Shown piece after piece: positions 1 through 9,397 of a stretch of DNA of 64,000 nt. The stretch is taken from the IMG/VR virus record IMGVR_UViG_3300045391_005035. The stretch is one strand, 5' to 3'. Under the pieces are notes generated by a model, which saw only the letters and a list, made by a program, of their open reading frames with translations, was not told where the DNA came from and ran no database searches. The DNA comes from a virus. Positions within the stretch are counted from its first letter, which is position 1. Each line of letters begins with the position of its first letter. The position numbers and the translations under genes were made by a program.

Positions 1-60
1 GCCGGGCACGAAGCTGCTGGTCGACCCCGACGGCTACGTCATCAACCTGAGTGCGTCACG

Positions 61-345
61 ATGAAGCGCACCTACCGAACCCCGCTCGGTCGCGAGAGCG
101 ACGACGAGAGCGTGCTCAGACATTGGAATCGACTCGCCGATGCGATCGCGAGCCCAACGTGGGTGCATCTCGGCACGGACGACCGCTATGGGACGCTCAC
201 GTTCAGCTCGAAGCGGCCGACGGAGGTGTTCTTGTCGCCGCACGGCGGAGGCCACGAGACCTTGCACGTGGAGCATGCGCTCTGGCTGTACGAGCGTATC
301 CACGGGCGACCGTTCAGCGAAGAGGAGGTTGTGCCGTGGTGCTGA
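61..345 (+). CDS. hypothetical protein
   Basis: ORF in co-directional overlapping gene train. Confidence 0.6.
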   Translation: MKRTYRTPLGRESDDESVLRHWNRLADAIASPTWVHLGTDDRYGTLTFSSKRPTEVFLSPHGGGHETLHVEHALWLYERIHGRPFSEEEVVPWC

Positions 346-554
346 GCGAACATCAGATCCTGACCTGTCTGGAAGGTCAGTGCGCGGCCATCACGAAGCT
401 CGGCGAGATCGCGATGAAGCAGCAGGCTGCCCTTCGCGCTCATCGGCTCGGGCTCATGCGCTTGATGGATCAATGCGCGCCAGCGCGCCGCATCCAGAAG
501 CGTCCCAACCCACTGAGGACACGCCCGCGGACGTGGACCTGGAGGTCTCCGTGA
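336..554 (+). CDS. hypothetical protein
   Basis: GAGGAGG RBS before GTG336; overlaps neighbours. Confidence 0.5.
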   Translation: MVLSEHQILTCLEGQCAAITKLGEIAMKQQAALRAHRLGLMRLMDQCAPARRIQKRPNPLRTRPRTWTWRSP

Positions 555-793
555 AGGCGTACGGCTTCGATACGGTTTGCGATCTGTGCGGCGGCCATGG
601 CCTGTCGCGCGGGCCGCGCAACTACACCTGCGGCTACACGCATATCGATCCGCAGACGTGCCGCGACAACATTGCGGCGCAGAAGCGGCGCGAGCAGGAA
701 GCGCGCGAACGCCAGGCCCGCCGACCCATCGGCGAGCGCGTCAGCGGCCTCTGGAGGGACGCCCTGACCGACGCGAAGGCCGGTGCGCGATGA
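551..793 (+). CDS. small Cys/His (zinc-finger-like) protein
   Basis: GGAGG RBS, CDLCGG...C..H...C. Confidence 0.55.
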   Translation: MKAYGFDTVCDLCGGHGLSRGPRNYTCGYTHIDPQTCRDNIAAQKRREQEARERQARRPIGERVSGLWRDALTDAKAGAR

Positions 794-981
794 TGCGGCA
801 GCAGGTGAGGCGAGGACGACACCGCGTGGTCTGTGTGATCTCCGGCGGCGAAAAACGATGGCGCTTCGACAACGGCAAGCTCGTGCACTCTGTGCTCGTC
901 GGTGCCGACGTTCGTGTTCACGCGGATGGGTTCAGCGTGGGCACGTACTACCTCGACGCGAAGAAGGCCGGTGCCCGGTGA
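790..981 (+). CDS. hypothetical protein
   Basis: ATGA overlap with upstream gene. Confidence 0.5.
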   Translation: MMRQQVRRGRHRVVCVISGGEKRWRFDNGKLVHSVLVGADVRVHADGFSVGTYYLDAKKAGAR

Positions 982-1394
982 CGCTCTCGCTTCAGGCAGT
1001 GCTCCGGGTGGAGTGCCCGACATGCGCGGCGGCCGTCGGCACCCAGTGCGAGGGCACGCCGTGGAAGTACATCGGCCACGCTGCGCGCGTCGACGCTGCG
1101 AAGCGCGGGGCGGTGACGCTGCGCGACAACACTGGTCGCGACGTCGCGCTCGCGCCTGGCGACGTCGTTACCACGATCTACGACAGACGGTACCGCGGTG
1201 CGCGCGGGCGCGTGGCGCACCGGTACGTCGTGGTCAGCGTGAAGCTCGATCACTCGTGCGGAACTGGCGTGCTGGTCCATGTTCGCCGAGAGGGTGCGCG
1301 CCGTGGCGGCCCCACGCTCGACCTCGACTGGTTCCGCGGTGAACTGGCGAGCGACTACCCGAACGCCGTCTACAGTGCGCGTGGCTCGACGTGA
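978..1394 (+). CDS. phage zinc-finger domain protein
   Basis: VECPTCAAAVGTQC...H..R motif; GTGA overlap. Confidence 0.6.
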   Translation: MTLSLQAVLRVECPTCAAAVGTQCEGTPWKYIGHAARVDAAKRGAVTLRDNTGRDVALAPGDVVTTIYDRRYRGARGRVAHRYVVVSVKLDHSCGTGVLVHVRREGARRGGPTLDLDWFRGELASDYPNAVYSARGST

Positions 1395-1582
1395 CGCTCG
1401 TCGCGAAGACCACTCGGATGCGCAAGTCGCGCCGGTGTCCCGCCTGCAAGGGCGAGGGTGGTGAGTCCTACACGCGAATCGAACGGTACGAGACGTTCGA
1501 CATCGGCGTGAGCGCATTCCGGCGCTGCGAGCGGTGCGACGGTACCGGACGGTTGGCGCCCAAGAAAACGAGGAAGCGATGA
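1391..1582 (+). CDS. DnaJ-type CxxCxGxG zinc-finger protein
   Basis: CPACKGEG and CERCDGTG. Confidence 0.65.
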   Translation: MTLVAKTTRMRKSRRCPACKGEGGESYTRIERYETFDIGVSAFRRCERCDGTGRLAPKKTRKR

Positions 1583-2472
1583 GCGAGGGTATGGGGTCCC
1601 GACTTACTCCGGAGCGCGAGGCGTTGATTCGCGAACGCGCGGCAGACCCCGGCGACGAACTCATCGCCGAGCTGGACGCTACGAGGGCCGACCTTGCTGC
1701 CGCTATCGCGCGGGCGGAGACAGCGGAGCGGCAGGCGGCGCAGCAGGCCGGCAACGTCATCGTCGCGCACAACCAGATCGAGCAGCAGCGCGCCCGCGCG
1801 GACGAGGCCGAAGCAGATCGCCAGTATTTCAGCAAAGTGATCGCTGCGATGCACGAGCAACGCGCCGTGGCCGAGAGTGAGCGGGACGAAGCCATCGTTC
1901 GCGCAGAGAAGGCAGAAGCAGCGCTTCCGGCGGCGACCTATGCCGAACGCAAGCGCATCGCAGAGGCCGACGCGGGGACATTCGCGGCGATCCGCGCGAG
2001 GGGCCGTGTGCTGCTCGATGCGCTCCGGCGCGGCGAGAGCAAGGAGGTCGTCGCTGCCGCAGCGTGGGGTCCCGAGGGCCTTGATCGCGCACACTTCTAC
2101 AGTGACTGCGAGCGGACCGCACAGGACTACGAGGCCACGGTGCGGGCGCAGGGGCGCGACGCTGCGATCGAGGAGTTCGACGCCGAGATGAACGCAGCGA
2201 TCGACGCCGGACTCGGGCTGCGCGAGGGCCCGCTTACCGGCGGGGACGGCGTGTGGCAAGGCCGGCTCATGATGCGGATCGCCGAGATCCGCGAGGACGA
2301 GCGGAAGGCGGAGCGGGCGCGGTGCGTGACGCTTATCACCGAGCGCGCCGCTGCCAGGCGCGCGATGGCAGCGCAGCAGCAGAACGGCGCAGACGCGGTG
2401 GAGATGCAAGAGCAGGCGGCGGGCATGGAGGAAGCCGCCGACGCGCTTGCGATCGACGCACGAAGGAGATAG
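1579..2472 (+). CDS. coiled-coil hypothetical protein
   Basis: Ala/Glu/Arg-rich helical ORF, RBS, ATGA overlap. Confidence 0.65.
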   Translation: MSEGMGSRLTPEREALIRERAADPGDELIAELDATRADLAAAIARAETAERQAAQQAGNVIVAHNQIEQQRARADEAEADRQYFSKVIAAMHEQRAVAESERDEAIVRAEKAEAALPAATYAERKRIAEADAGTFAAIRARGRVLLDALRRGESKEVVAAAAWGPEGLDRAHFYSDCERTAQDYEATVRAQGRDAAIEEFDAEMNAAIDAGLGLREGPLTGGDGVWQGRLMMRIAEIREDERKAERARCVTLITERAAARRAMAAQQQNGADAVEMQEQAAGMEEAADALAIDARRR

Positions 2473-2474
2473 CG

Positions 2475-2690
2475 GTGGGAACACAGAACGACGCATTGAC
2501 GAAGATGCTCACGCTCGTGTGCTGTAACTGCGGCAGCCGCCACGAGGTCGAGCCCGACGGCGCGATCCAGGACCCGCTCGCAAGCGACCTGGAGGTCGAA
2601 GACGCAGGCTGGTTCGGCGTCTGCGACGGCCCGAGCCACTGCCCGCAGTGCGGCGGCGGACGCTTTCAGTACGACAGGAGCAGCTCGTGA
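2475..2690 (+). CDS. zinc-ribbon protein
   Basis: CCNCG...HCPQCG; AAGGAG RBS. Confidence 0.55.
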   Translation: MGTQNDALTKMLTLVCCNCGSRHEVEPDGAIQDPLASDLEVEDAGWFGVCDGPSHCPQCGGGRFQYDRSSS

Positions 2691-3082
2691 GACCGGGCGA
2701 CGCCGCTCGTGTGGTCGCTGAGGCGCGCGAGGCGTTCGAGGAGAGCGTGCGTCTCTTCCCGAACTCCACCGTGCCGATCTTCGGACACGACGAACTGGAG
2801 GCGCTCCTCGCCGCCGTCCGAGTCCACGAGCGCGCTGTTTTGATGGGGAAGTGGCTCCACGACGGACAGCCGCTGACCAACGACGACTTCATCGCGATCA
2901 AGCTCCGCTGGAGCACCGGCCCCGAGCACCTACAGCACGACGCCGACGCGCTCATCTGCGCCGTGAGCGACCTGCGAAACGCCGCTCGCGCGGTTCTCAC
3001 GGCGCCGGTCGACGAGCGCGCGAAGCTCGTAAACGGTCAGGCTCTCGACGCGCTGAATCGCCTCATCGGAGGCTGCCCATGA
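2687..3082 (+). CDS. hypothetical protein
   Basis: overlapping gene train. Confidence 0.55.
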   Translation: MRPGDAARVVAEAREAFEESVRLFPNSTVPIFGHDELEALLAAVRVHERAVLMGKWLHDGQPLTNDDFIAIKLRWSTGPEHLQHDADALICAVSDLRNAARAVLTAPVDERAKLVNGQALDALNRLIGGCP

Positions 3083-4236
3083 ACTCGGACGCCGCTGGAA
3101 CGAAAGCGCTCGTCTCGCGTCTCTCGGCGGCGAAGAAGGCGGAGGATCTCTTCGGCGCGATCGCGCCAGGACCTACGTCCGAGCGTCTGCTTGCCGTGAA
3201 GCACCTCTTCGCGAGCTTCGTTGTCCTCATCCACCCGGACCAGAACCCGAACCTCGAAGACGCTGGCCAGCACATGGCCCGGCTCGTGGCGCTACGCATG
3301 GAAGCCGACGCGCTGCTGCGCGAGGGTACGTATGGAACGCATCGCAAGGCGGTGATCGATGCAACGCTCCGATCACCCGCCGGCGTCTACAAGGTCATCG
3401 ATGAGTTTCGCGAGGGCGAGGTCGCCGACCTGTTCGTGGCCGAGAACGCGGGCAAGCGTTGCCTGCTCAAGGTCGTGCGCGAGCCCGGAGACAACGACCT
3501 TCTCGATGTTGAGGCCCGCACGCTCACTGAGCTGCATCGCTCAGCAGACGCGAAGGCCCCCGTATTCCGGAAGTACCTTCCGCAGTTGCTCGACTCGTTC
3601 GTGATCATCGAAGGGGGGCGCGTGCGCCGGCGCGTGAACGTGCTCGACGTTGCCGAACCGCAAGTCGAGTACCTGCGCATCCACAAGCAGAAGAAGGGGA
3701 TCGACGCACCGACCGCCTACTACTCGCTCGCAGAGATCCGCGACGCGTACCCGAACGGCATCGACACCCGCGACGCCGCCTGGATGCTCAGGCGCGTCTT
3801 CGAGGGCATCGGCTGGGTGCATTCGGTGGGCTACGTACACGGCGCCATGCTGCCCGAGCACGTCCTCGTGCACCCGTTGGAGCACGGCGGCCGGCTCATC
3901 GACTGGACCTGTGCGGTTCGTGCCGGTCAGCGTCTGACCACCATCAGCACGACGCACAAAGCGCTGTACCCGGCAGGCGTCTTCCGTCGCGAGCCAGCGA
4001 CGCCCGCACTGGACGTCCAGCTCATTGGTACATGCGGAAAGTTGCTCCTGTCTGACAGCAGTGGGGCGCTGAACGCTGACGTACCGAGGGAGATGGTTAC
4101 CTTCCTCGACGCCTGCGTGAACGGCCGCGTCGCGAGTGGGTGGGACGCATACCGGACGTTCGACGACGTCCTTCAGAAGCTCTACGGCAAGCGAGCGTAT
4201 CGTGCGTTCGAGATGCCGGTGGTGAGAGGAAAGTAG
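3079..4236 (+). CDS. J-domain-like (HPD) + protein-kinase-like fold protein
   Basis: N-terminal IHPDQN; LLKV (beta3 Lys), EARTL (alphaC), VHGAMLPEHVLV (HRD position), LIDW (DFG position). Confidence 0.7.
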   Translation: MNSDAAGTKALVSRLSAAKKAEDLFGAIAPGPTSERLLAVKHLFASFVVLIHPDQNPNLEDAGQHMARLVALRMEADALLREGTYGTHRKAVIDATLRSPAGVYKVIDEFREGEVADLFVAENAGKRCLLKVVREPGDNDLLDVEARTLTELHRSADAKAPVFRKYLPQLLDSFVIIEGGRVRRRVNVLDVAEPQVEYLRIHKQKKGIDAPTAYYSLAEIRDAYPNGIDTRDAAWMLRRVFEGIGWVHSVGYVHGAMLPEHVLVHPLEHGGRLIDWTCAVRAGQRLTTISTTHKALYPAGVFRREPATPALDVQLIGTCGKLLLSDSSGALNADVPREMVTFLDACVNGRVASGWDAYRTFDDVLQKLYGKRAYRAFEMPVVRGK

Positions 4237-4242
4237 GGAACC

Positions 4243-5217
4243 ATGGGATACGGAAGCTGGTCGGGCGACGCGTACGATCACATCAGCGCGCCTCGCAAGG
4301 GCATGGACTACGGCACCGCCCGTAGCACCGTCTTCTCGGGCAAGCTCAAGGAGAGTCTCGACCCGAAGGGCGTGAAGATGCGCGAGTCGCGCGATTCGGA
4401 CGCGCACCCCGAGAGCAACGCGATCGGCGTGCTCTTCGATGTGACCGGATCGATGGGCGACATCCCGGTGGAGTTCGCGCAGCACAAGCTCGGCGGCCTC
4501 ATGAAGATGCTCGTCGACAAGTCTGTCATTCCGCACCCGCAGGTGCTCTTCGGCGCGATCGGCGACGCGTACGTCGACCGCGCACCGTTCCAGGTCGGCC
4601 AGTTCGAGTCTGGCATCGAGATGGACCAGTGCCTGACCGACATCTACATCGAGAGCGGCGGCGGCGGCCAGATCAAGGAGTCGTACGGCCTCGGGCACTA
4701 CTTCTTCGCCCGGCACACCGCGATCGACTGCTGGGAGAAGCGCGGCAAGAAGGGCTACCTCTTCACGCTCGGCGACGAGCAGACGTGGCCAGAGATCACG
4801 CCGGACGAGGCGCTCAGGATCTTCGGCGACACGATCCAGGGCAACGAGAAGGTCGTGGACCTCATCCGCGAGTGCGAGCGCCGCTACGAGGTGTTCCACA
4901 TCGTCGTGGCCACGGGAACGAGCCAGAGCCATCCGGAGGTGCTGGGCGACTGGCGCAAGCTGCTCGGCGAGCGAGCGCTCCAGCTCGACGACCCGAACAA
5001 CGTCTGCGAGCTGATCGCGGCGACGATCGGGCTCTGTGAGGGCCAGACGATCGACGCGATGAACGAGGTGCTCCGTGCTGCGGGCGCCAGCGCGAAGACC
5101 GTGAAGTCGGTCGGCGCGGCGATCGTCCCGCTTCGCGACTCGCTCGCGCGCTCGGGCGGCTCGGTCGAGGGCAAGCTCGCGAAGAGCGGCAAGAAGTCCG
5201 GCGCAGCCAGGATCTGA
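4243..5217 (+). CDS. vWA domain protein
   Basis: MIDAS-like FDVTGSMG, GGGGQIKESY, YLFTLGDE. Confidence 0.8.
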   Translation: MGYGSWSGDAYDHISAPRKGMDYGTARSTVFSGKLKESLDPKGVKMRESRDSDAHPESNAIGVLFDVTGSMGDIPVEFAQHKLGGLMKMLVDKSVIPHPQVLFGAIGDAYVDRAPFQVGQFESGIEMDQCLTDIYIESGGGGQIKESYGLGHYFFARHTAIDCWEKRGKKGYLFTLGDEQTWPEITPDEALRIFGDTIQGNEKVVDLIRECERRYEVFHIVVATGTSQSHPEVLGDWRKLLGERALQLDDPNNVCELIAATIGLCEGQTIDAMNEVLRAAGASAKTVKSVGAAIVPLRDSLARSGGSVEGKLAKSGKKSGAARI

Positions 5218-5227
5218 GGAGACGACG

Positions 5228-6523
5228 ATGCCCTCTACGCACATCGTCGTCGATCTCGGCTTCGGCGACGCCGGAAAGGGCACCATCGTCGACGCGCTCG
5301 CGCGCCGCTGTTCGTCACCACCACTCGTGGTCCGACACAACGGCGGCGCGCAGGCAGGTCACAACGTTCACCTCGCGGACGGCCGGCACCACACGTTCTC
5401 GCAGTTCGGGTCGGCGACGTTCGTCCCCGGCTCGCGCACGCTGCTCTCGCACAACTTCGTCTTCCATCCGGCTGGACTCATGACCGAGCACGAGCACCTC
5501 GTCTCGGTTGGCGTGAAGGACGCGCTTGCGCGCCTGATGGTCGACGAGCGCGCTCTCGTCATCACCCCGTACCAGCAGGCGATGAACTGGCTGCGCGAAC
5601 TGGAACGAGGCGACAAGCGCCACGGCACGTGCGGCCTGGGCGTGGGCGAGACGGTAGCCGACTCGCTGGACGCTCCAGAGGATGTCGTCCGCGTCGGCGA
5701 CCTGCTCGACTGGGACACGCTGATCCAGAAGCTCGCGCTGATCCGCGGCCGGAAGCTCTCGCAGGTCACGGCCAGCATGCCGCGCGATGAGCACCTCGCG
5801 CTCCTTCAGAACTCCGACAGCATCAAGCGGACGGCCGACCTGCTCACGACGATCGGTCGCCAGCTCCACATCGTGCGACCGCTCCAGGTCGACCACCTCA
5901 TTCGAGAGACGCCCGACGTCATCTTCGAGGGCGCCCAGGGCGTGCTGCTCGACGAATGGTACGGCTTCCATCCGCACACGACGTGGAGCACGACGACGCT
6001 CCAGCGCGCCGAGGAGATGCTCGCGGAGGCGGGACGCGTCGACTTCGTGACCAAGATCGGCGTCGTGCGTGCGTACGCAACGCGCCATGGACAGGGTCCG
6101 TTCCCCACGGAGAGCGCGAACCTGACGCAGCTCCTGCGCGAGGTGACCAACACCGACGATGGTCCCCAGGGCTGCTTCCGCAGCGGCTGGTTCGATACGG
6201 TGTTGGCGCGCTACGCGATCGCCGCGTGTCCAGGACTCACGTCGCTCGCGGTGACTTGTCTGGACCGCTTCGCGTCAGTGGAGAAGCCGCTGATGTGCGT
6301 GGCGTACGAGGCCGACGAGCAGCGCATCGAAACGCTGCTCGCCAAGCCTGGCGACCTCGACCACCAGGAAAGACTTGGGCGTGCGATCGGACGCATGGTA
6401 CCGCTCCTCGCGAAGGCGCCGCGCGACCCGAATGAGTACACGCAGCTCCTCTCGGAGCGGCTCGCTCTGCCGGTGTCGATCCAGTCGCACGGGCCCGCAG
6501 CCGAGGACAAGCGATGGCTCTGA
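5228..6523 (+). CDS. divergent adenylosuccinate synthetase (PurA-like)
   Basis: DLGFGDAGKG, GGAQAGHNV, HGTCGLGVG, FEGAQGVLLD, RAYATRHGQGPFPTE. Confidence 0.85.
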   Translation: MPSTHIVVDLGFGDAGKGTIVDALARRCSSPPLVVRHNGGAQAGHNVHLADGRHHTFSQFGSATFVPGSRTLLSHNFVFHPAGLMTEHEHLVSVGVKDALARLMVDERALVITPYQQAMNWLRELERGDKRHGTCGLGVGETVADSLDAPEDVVRVGDLLDWDTLIQKLALIRGRKLSQVTASMPRDEHLALLQNSDSIKRTADLLTTIGRQLHIVRPLQVDHLIRETPDVIFEGAQGVLLDEWYGFHPHTTWSTTTLQRAEEMLAEAGRVDFVTKIGVVRAYATRHGQGPFPTESANLTQLLREVTNTDDGPQGCFRSGWFDTVLARYAIAACPGLTSLAVTCLDRFASVEKPLMCVAYEADEQRIETLLAKPGDLDHQERLGRAIGRMVPLLAKAPRDPNEYTQLLSERLALPVSIQSHGPAAEDKRWL

Positions 6524-6837
6524 AGCCGGTAGCCGAGATGACGCCGGTCGAGCTGCTCTCCGAGTTCAGCCGGAAGTACGAGTATCACGAGGCCGTCGCC
6601 GAGGCGCGAGAGTGGATCGCGTCTGCCGAGGGTCAAGATTGGGCCGCCAACGTCGGGCCCGTTGTGCACGATGCGCGTGGCCGCGGCCGGGTGCTGTGGT
6701 GGAAGTGCGTCGGCAAGCCGATGGGCGAGGTCCGCGAGCCGCGTCCCGATGAGGACGCACGCTGGGCCGAGCTGTGCGCCGAGATCAACCGCCGCTTCAC
6801 GCAGCGACCGCCAGCCTTCAAGGGGCCCTACAGATGA
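6514..6837 (+). CDS. hypothetical protein
   Basis: ORF with RBS in gene train. Confidence 0.55.
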   Translation: MALKPVAEMTPVELLSEFSRKYEYHEAVAEAREWIASAEGQDWAANVGPVVHDARGRGRVLWWKCVGKPMGEVREPRPDEDARWAELCAEINRRFTQRPPAFKGPYR

Positions 6838-7049
6838 AGTACCAGCTCGACTACGGCGTGCAGCATCTCACCATCGCCACCGGCGTCACCGTGCTCGTGC
6901 GCGTCGGCCGCGACGAGATGCATGTCGACCACGTGATGATGGTCATCGACGGTCGTGATGCGGGTAGCTTCAGCGGCACGCTCGACCAGTGCGAGGTGTG
7001 GGCTGGCGGATGGATCGCCGGCTGGGTCAATCGCGACGGAAGGAAGTGA
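6834..7049 (+). CDS. hypothetical protein
   Basis: ATGA overlap. Confidence 0.5.
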   Translation: MKYQLDYGVQHLTIATGVTVLVRVGRDEMHVDHVMMVIDGRDAGSFSGTLDQCEVWAGGWIAGWVNRDGRK

Positions 7050-7531
7050 TGATGATCAGATTCGCGCCGTGGGACGACCGTCCCCAGTTCGCCGTGTGGA
7101 AGAAGGACGTGCAGGTCGCTGTCGAGGCCGACGACTTCGCGCACAACGTCCTTTGGGCGCAGTGGTCTCGCGGCGGCGCCGACTTCTGGCGGCGCGCGAG
7201 CCACGGTCTCCACCGCGAAGTCGAGCTGCCGGGCGATCCGCTTCGTATCAGCTGGGAGCAGGGTCGCGCAGGGACGATGGCGCAGGTCGGCAAGCCCATG
7301 GCCGGAACACGCTCGAAAGACGTGCTGACATGCGTGAGCCTCAACGTCGACACGCTCAACGGCGTCGCGGTGCTCTTCTACTGCGCGACGAGCGTGCTGG
7401 TGGATCACGACGCCGTGCGCGAGTTCATCCAGGAGGCGTTCCCCAATGCCAGAGGCCGGCACCACGACGCATCCAACTTCCACAACGCGGTGAAGGATAT
7501 CCGCGAGATCTACCGGGAGCGTTCGCGATGA
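7049..7531 (+). CDS. hypothetical protein
   Basis: AAGGA RBS, gene train. Confidence 0.55.
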   Translation: MMIRFAPWDDRPQFAVWKKDVQVAVEADDFAHNVLWAQWSRGGADFWRRASHGLHREVELPGDPLRISWEQGRAGTMAQVGKPMAGTRSKDVLTCVSLNVDTLNGVAVLFYCATSVLVDHDAVREFIQEAFPNARGRHHDASNFHNAVKDIREIYRERSR

Positions 7532-7782
7532 AGTTCAAGTGCTGGATGATCGGCTATCGTGAAGAATGCGCAACCGACATCGACGACGCGCTCGACGCGG
7601 AGGACGCCGCGCAGCTCGCGTGTGAGAAGTGGGAGAGCGGCGGCACGTTCGCCGGCGATCCTCATCCGAACCCGATCGAAGTCATGGTGCGCGACGAGAA
7701 CGACGTCCTCCTGCTGGTCGAGGTCGAGCCGCAGTACGACGTGTCGTTCTGGGCTGCGCGCTCGCGGTCGGTGACGCCGTGA
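7528..7782 (+). CDS. acidic hypothetical protein
   Basis: ATGA overlap; DAEDAA motif common in phage ORFans. Confidence 0.55.
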   Translation: MKFKCWMIGYREECATDIDDALDAEDAAQLACEKWESGGTFAGDPHPNPIEVMVRDENDVLLLVEVEPQYDVSFWAARSRSVTP

Positions 7783-8288
7783 GCGCGACCGGCGACGGCG
7801 CGGTGATCTCTCCGTGCGAAACGTACCGATACGTTCTCTGGCGCAGTCTCACGCCTGTCGGCGACGAGGCGCTCAGCGCTGGGACGGTCCTGTGGATCTG
7901 CTTGAACCCCAGCACGGCCGACGCATCGAAGGACGACGCTACGCTCCGCAAGATCTGCGGCTTTTCGCGTCGCTGGCGCTTCGGTCACGTACGGCTCGTG
8001 AACCTCTACGCGCTGCGCTCACGTGAGCCGAAGGCGCTCTGGAAGCACGCGGACCCGATCGGACCAGAGAACGACGCGCACATCGTAGAGGAATCGGCGC
8101 AGGCCGACGCGATTGTGTTCGCATGGGGCGGCAACGCGGAGCCGGAACGCGCTCGCCGTGTCACCGACCACGTGTCGACGGTCACGGACGGTCACGTTCC
8201 AGTGTGGAACCTGGGGCTTACCGGCGGCGAGCAGCCGATGCACCCGCTGATGCTCAGCTACAGTACGCTGCGTAAGGAGCATTTCTGA
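7779..8288 (+). CDS. DUF1643 family protein
   Basis: YRYVLWR, LNPSTAD...DDAT, NLYALRS, AWG, HPL. Confidence 0.85.
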   Translation: MSATGDGAVISPCETYRYVLWRSLTPVGDEALSAGTVLWICLNPSTADASKDDATLRKICGFSRRWRFGHVRLVNLYALRSREPKALWKHADPIGPENDAHIVEESAQADAIVFAWGGNAEPERARRVTDHVSTVTDGHVPVWNLGLTGGEQPMHPLMLSYSTLRKEHF

Positions 8289-8599
8289 TGGCGAAGGGCG
8301 AACGAGAGGTCGAGACCGATGACGAGGTGATGGACGGCTTCGCGGCGGCTGTGGCCAGCGCGCGTAGCGAGATGAAGGAGCCGTACTTCGGCCTTGTCTG
8401 CATTACCGGCTCCGACGGATACGTCAGCTTCATGCGGTCGATGAAGGCCTGCGAAGGACGGCATCTTCGGGAGGCAGCCGGTCTGCTGCTCGGCTACGCG
8501 AACAGACTCACCAAGGCTGCCGACGAGATGGAGGGCGAACGCGTCTTCCTGGTCGACCGCTTCGACATCACGCCGCCGACGGATCCGAACGCGTCCTGA
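8288..8599 (+). CDS. hypothetical protein
   Basis: AAGGAG RBS. Confidence 0.55.
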   Translation: MAKGEREVETDDEVMDGFAAAVASARSEMKEPYFGLVCITGSDGYVSFMRSMKACEGRHLREAAGLLLGYANRLTKAADEMEGERVFLVDRFDITPPTDPNAS

Positions 8600-8614
8600 G
8601 CTACCCTCGCGCCG

Positions 8615-9184
8615 ATGGCCAACTACCGGCACCTTCCCGATCCTCCATTCACGCCGCCGACGGACGTGGAGCTGGAGCACGGGTACTTCCTGGACTGCCC
8701 CGGCTGCGGCCGACAGTGGGCGCAACGCTTCGTCGATCGGCACCTGAACCGCTGCATCCCGTGCGCACGCGCGTGGCGACGGGAGGACACGGCCTCGCGT
8801 CGCAAGGGACTTGGCGGCGTTCCGCTCACTACGAAGCCGGCCGAACACCAGTTCGAGTCACGGACGCTTCGCACGACGGTCGATCTGAACAGCCCAGCCA
8901 CGCACAAGCTCATCGAGACGAACGAGCGGTTCCGCGACGAGGTCACCGCGTACATCGCGAAGCTCGTTGCGCAGAATGCGAAGCCAAAGACGCCGCTGCA
9001 CGGAGTGCTGCCTCTGCTCGCGCGCTCGAAGCCGCGTGCAAAGGCGGAGCGCGTCGAGATCGTGGAGAACGAGAGCGTCGCGCCACCTCCTGATGGCGCA
9101 GAGGAAGCCGTCGACAGTGTGGTGGGCAAGGTGATGAACACCGTAGACGCCGAGGTCGTCGGCGTGAGCAAGAAGCATCGATGA
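8615..9184 (+). CDS. zinc-finger hypothetical protein
   Basis: CPGCG...CIPC. Confidence 0.55.
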   Translation: MANYRHLPDPPFTPPTDVELEHGYFLDCPGCGRQWAQRFVDRHLNRCIPCARAWRREDTASRRKGLGGVPLTTKPAEHQFESRTLRTTVDLNSPATHKLIETNERFRDEVTAYIAKLVAQNAKPKTPLHGVLPLLARSKPRAKAERVEIVENESVAPPPDGAEEAVDSVVGKVMNTVDAEVVGVSKKHR

Positions 9185-9360
9185 GCGCCATGCTGCGCCT
9201 CGGACTCGTTCTGGCCATGAGCTTCGTGTGCAACGGCGACGCAGAGCTGGTGCGCGAATGCGTGCAGGACTGCGGTCCGTTCGGTGTGCGCGTGATCGTG
9301 ACCGACGACTGGGAGAGCGAGGGCATCTATTGCTCGTGCGACGACTGGAAGCGGTAGTTC

Positions 9361-9389
9361 TTGACACGTGCTCAGGTTGTCGCTACATA
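9361..9389 (+). promoter_or_regulatory. sigma70-like promoter of thyX-like gene
   Basis: perfect TTGACA, 17 nt, TACATA (imperfect -10) in short intergenic gap. Confidence 0.45.
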
Positions 9390-9397
9390 CGCAACCA

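Noticed and set aside
5228-6523. PurZ (2-aminoadenine Z-genome pathway)
   Set aside because: Has GDAGKG with the PurA-type Asp, not the PurZ GSxGKG; no DatZ-like HD hydrolase recognised in the window.
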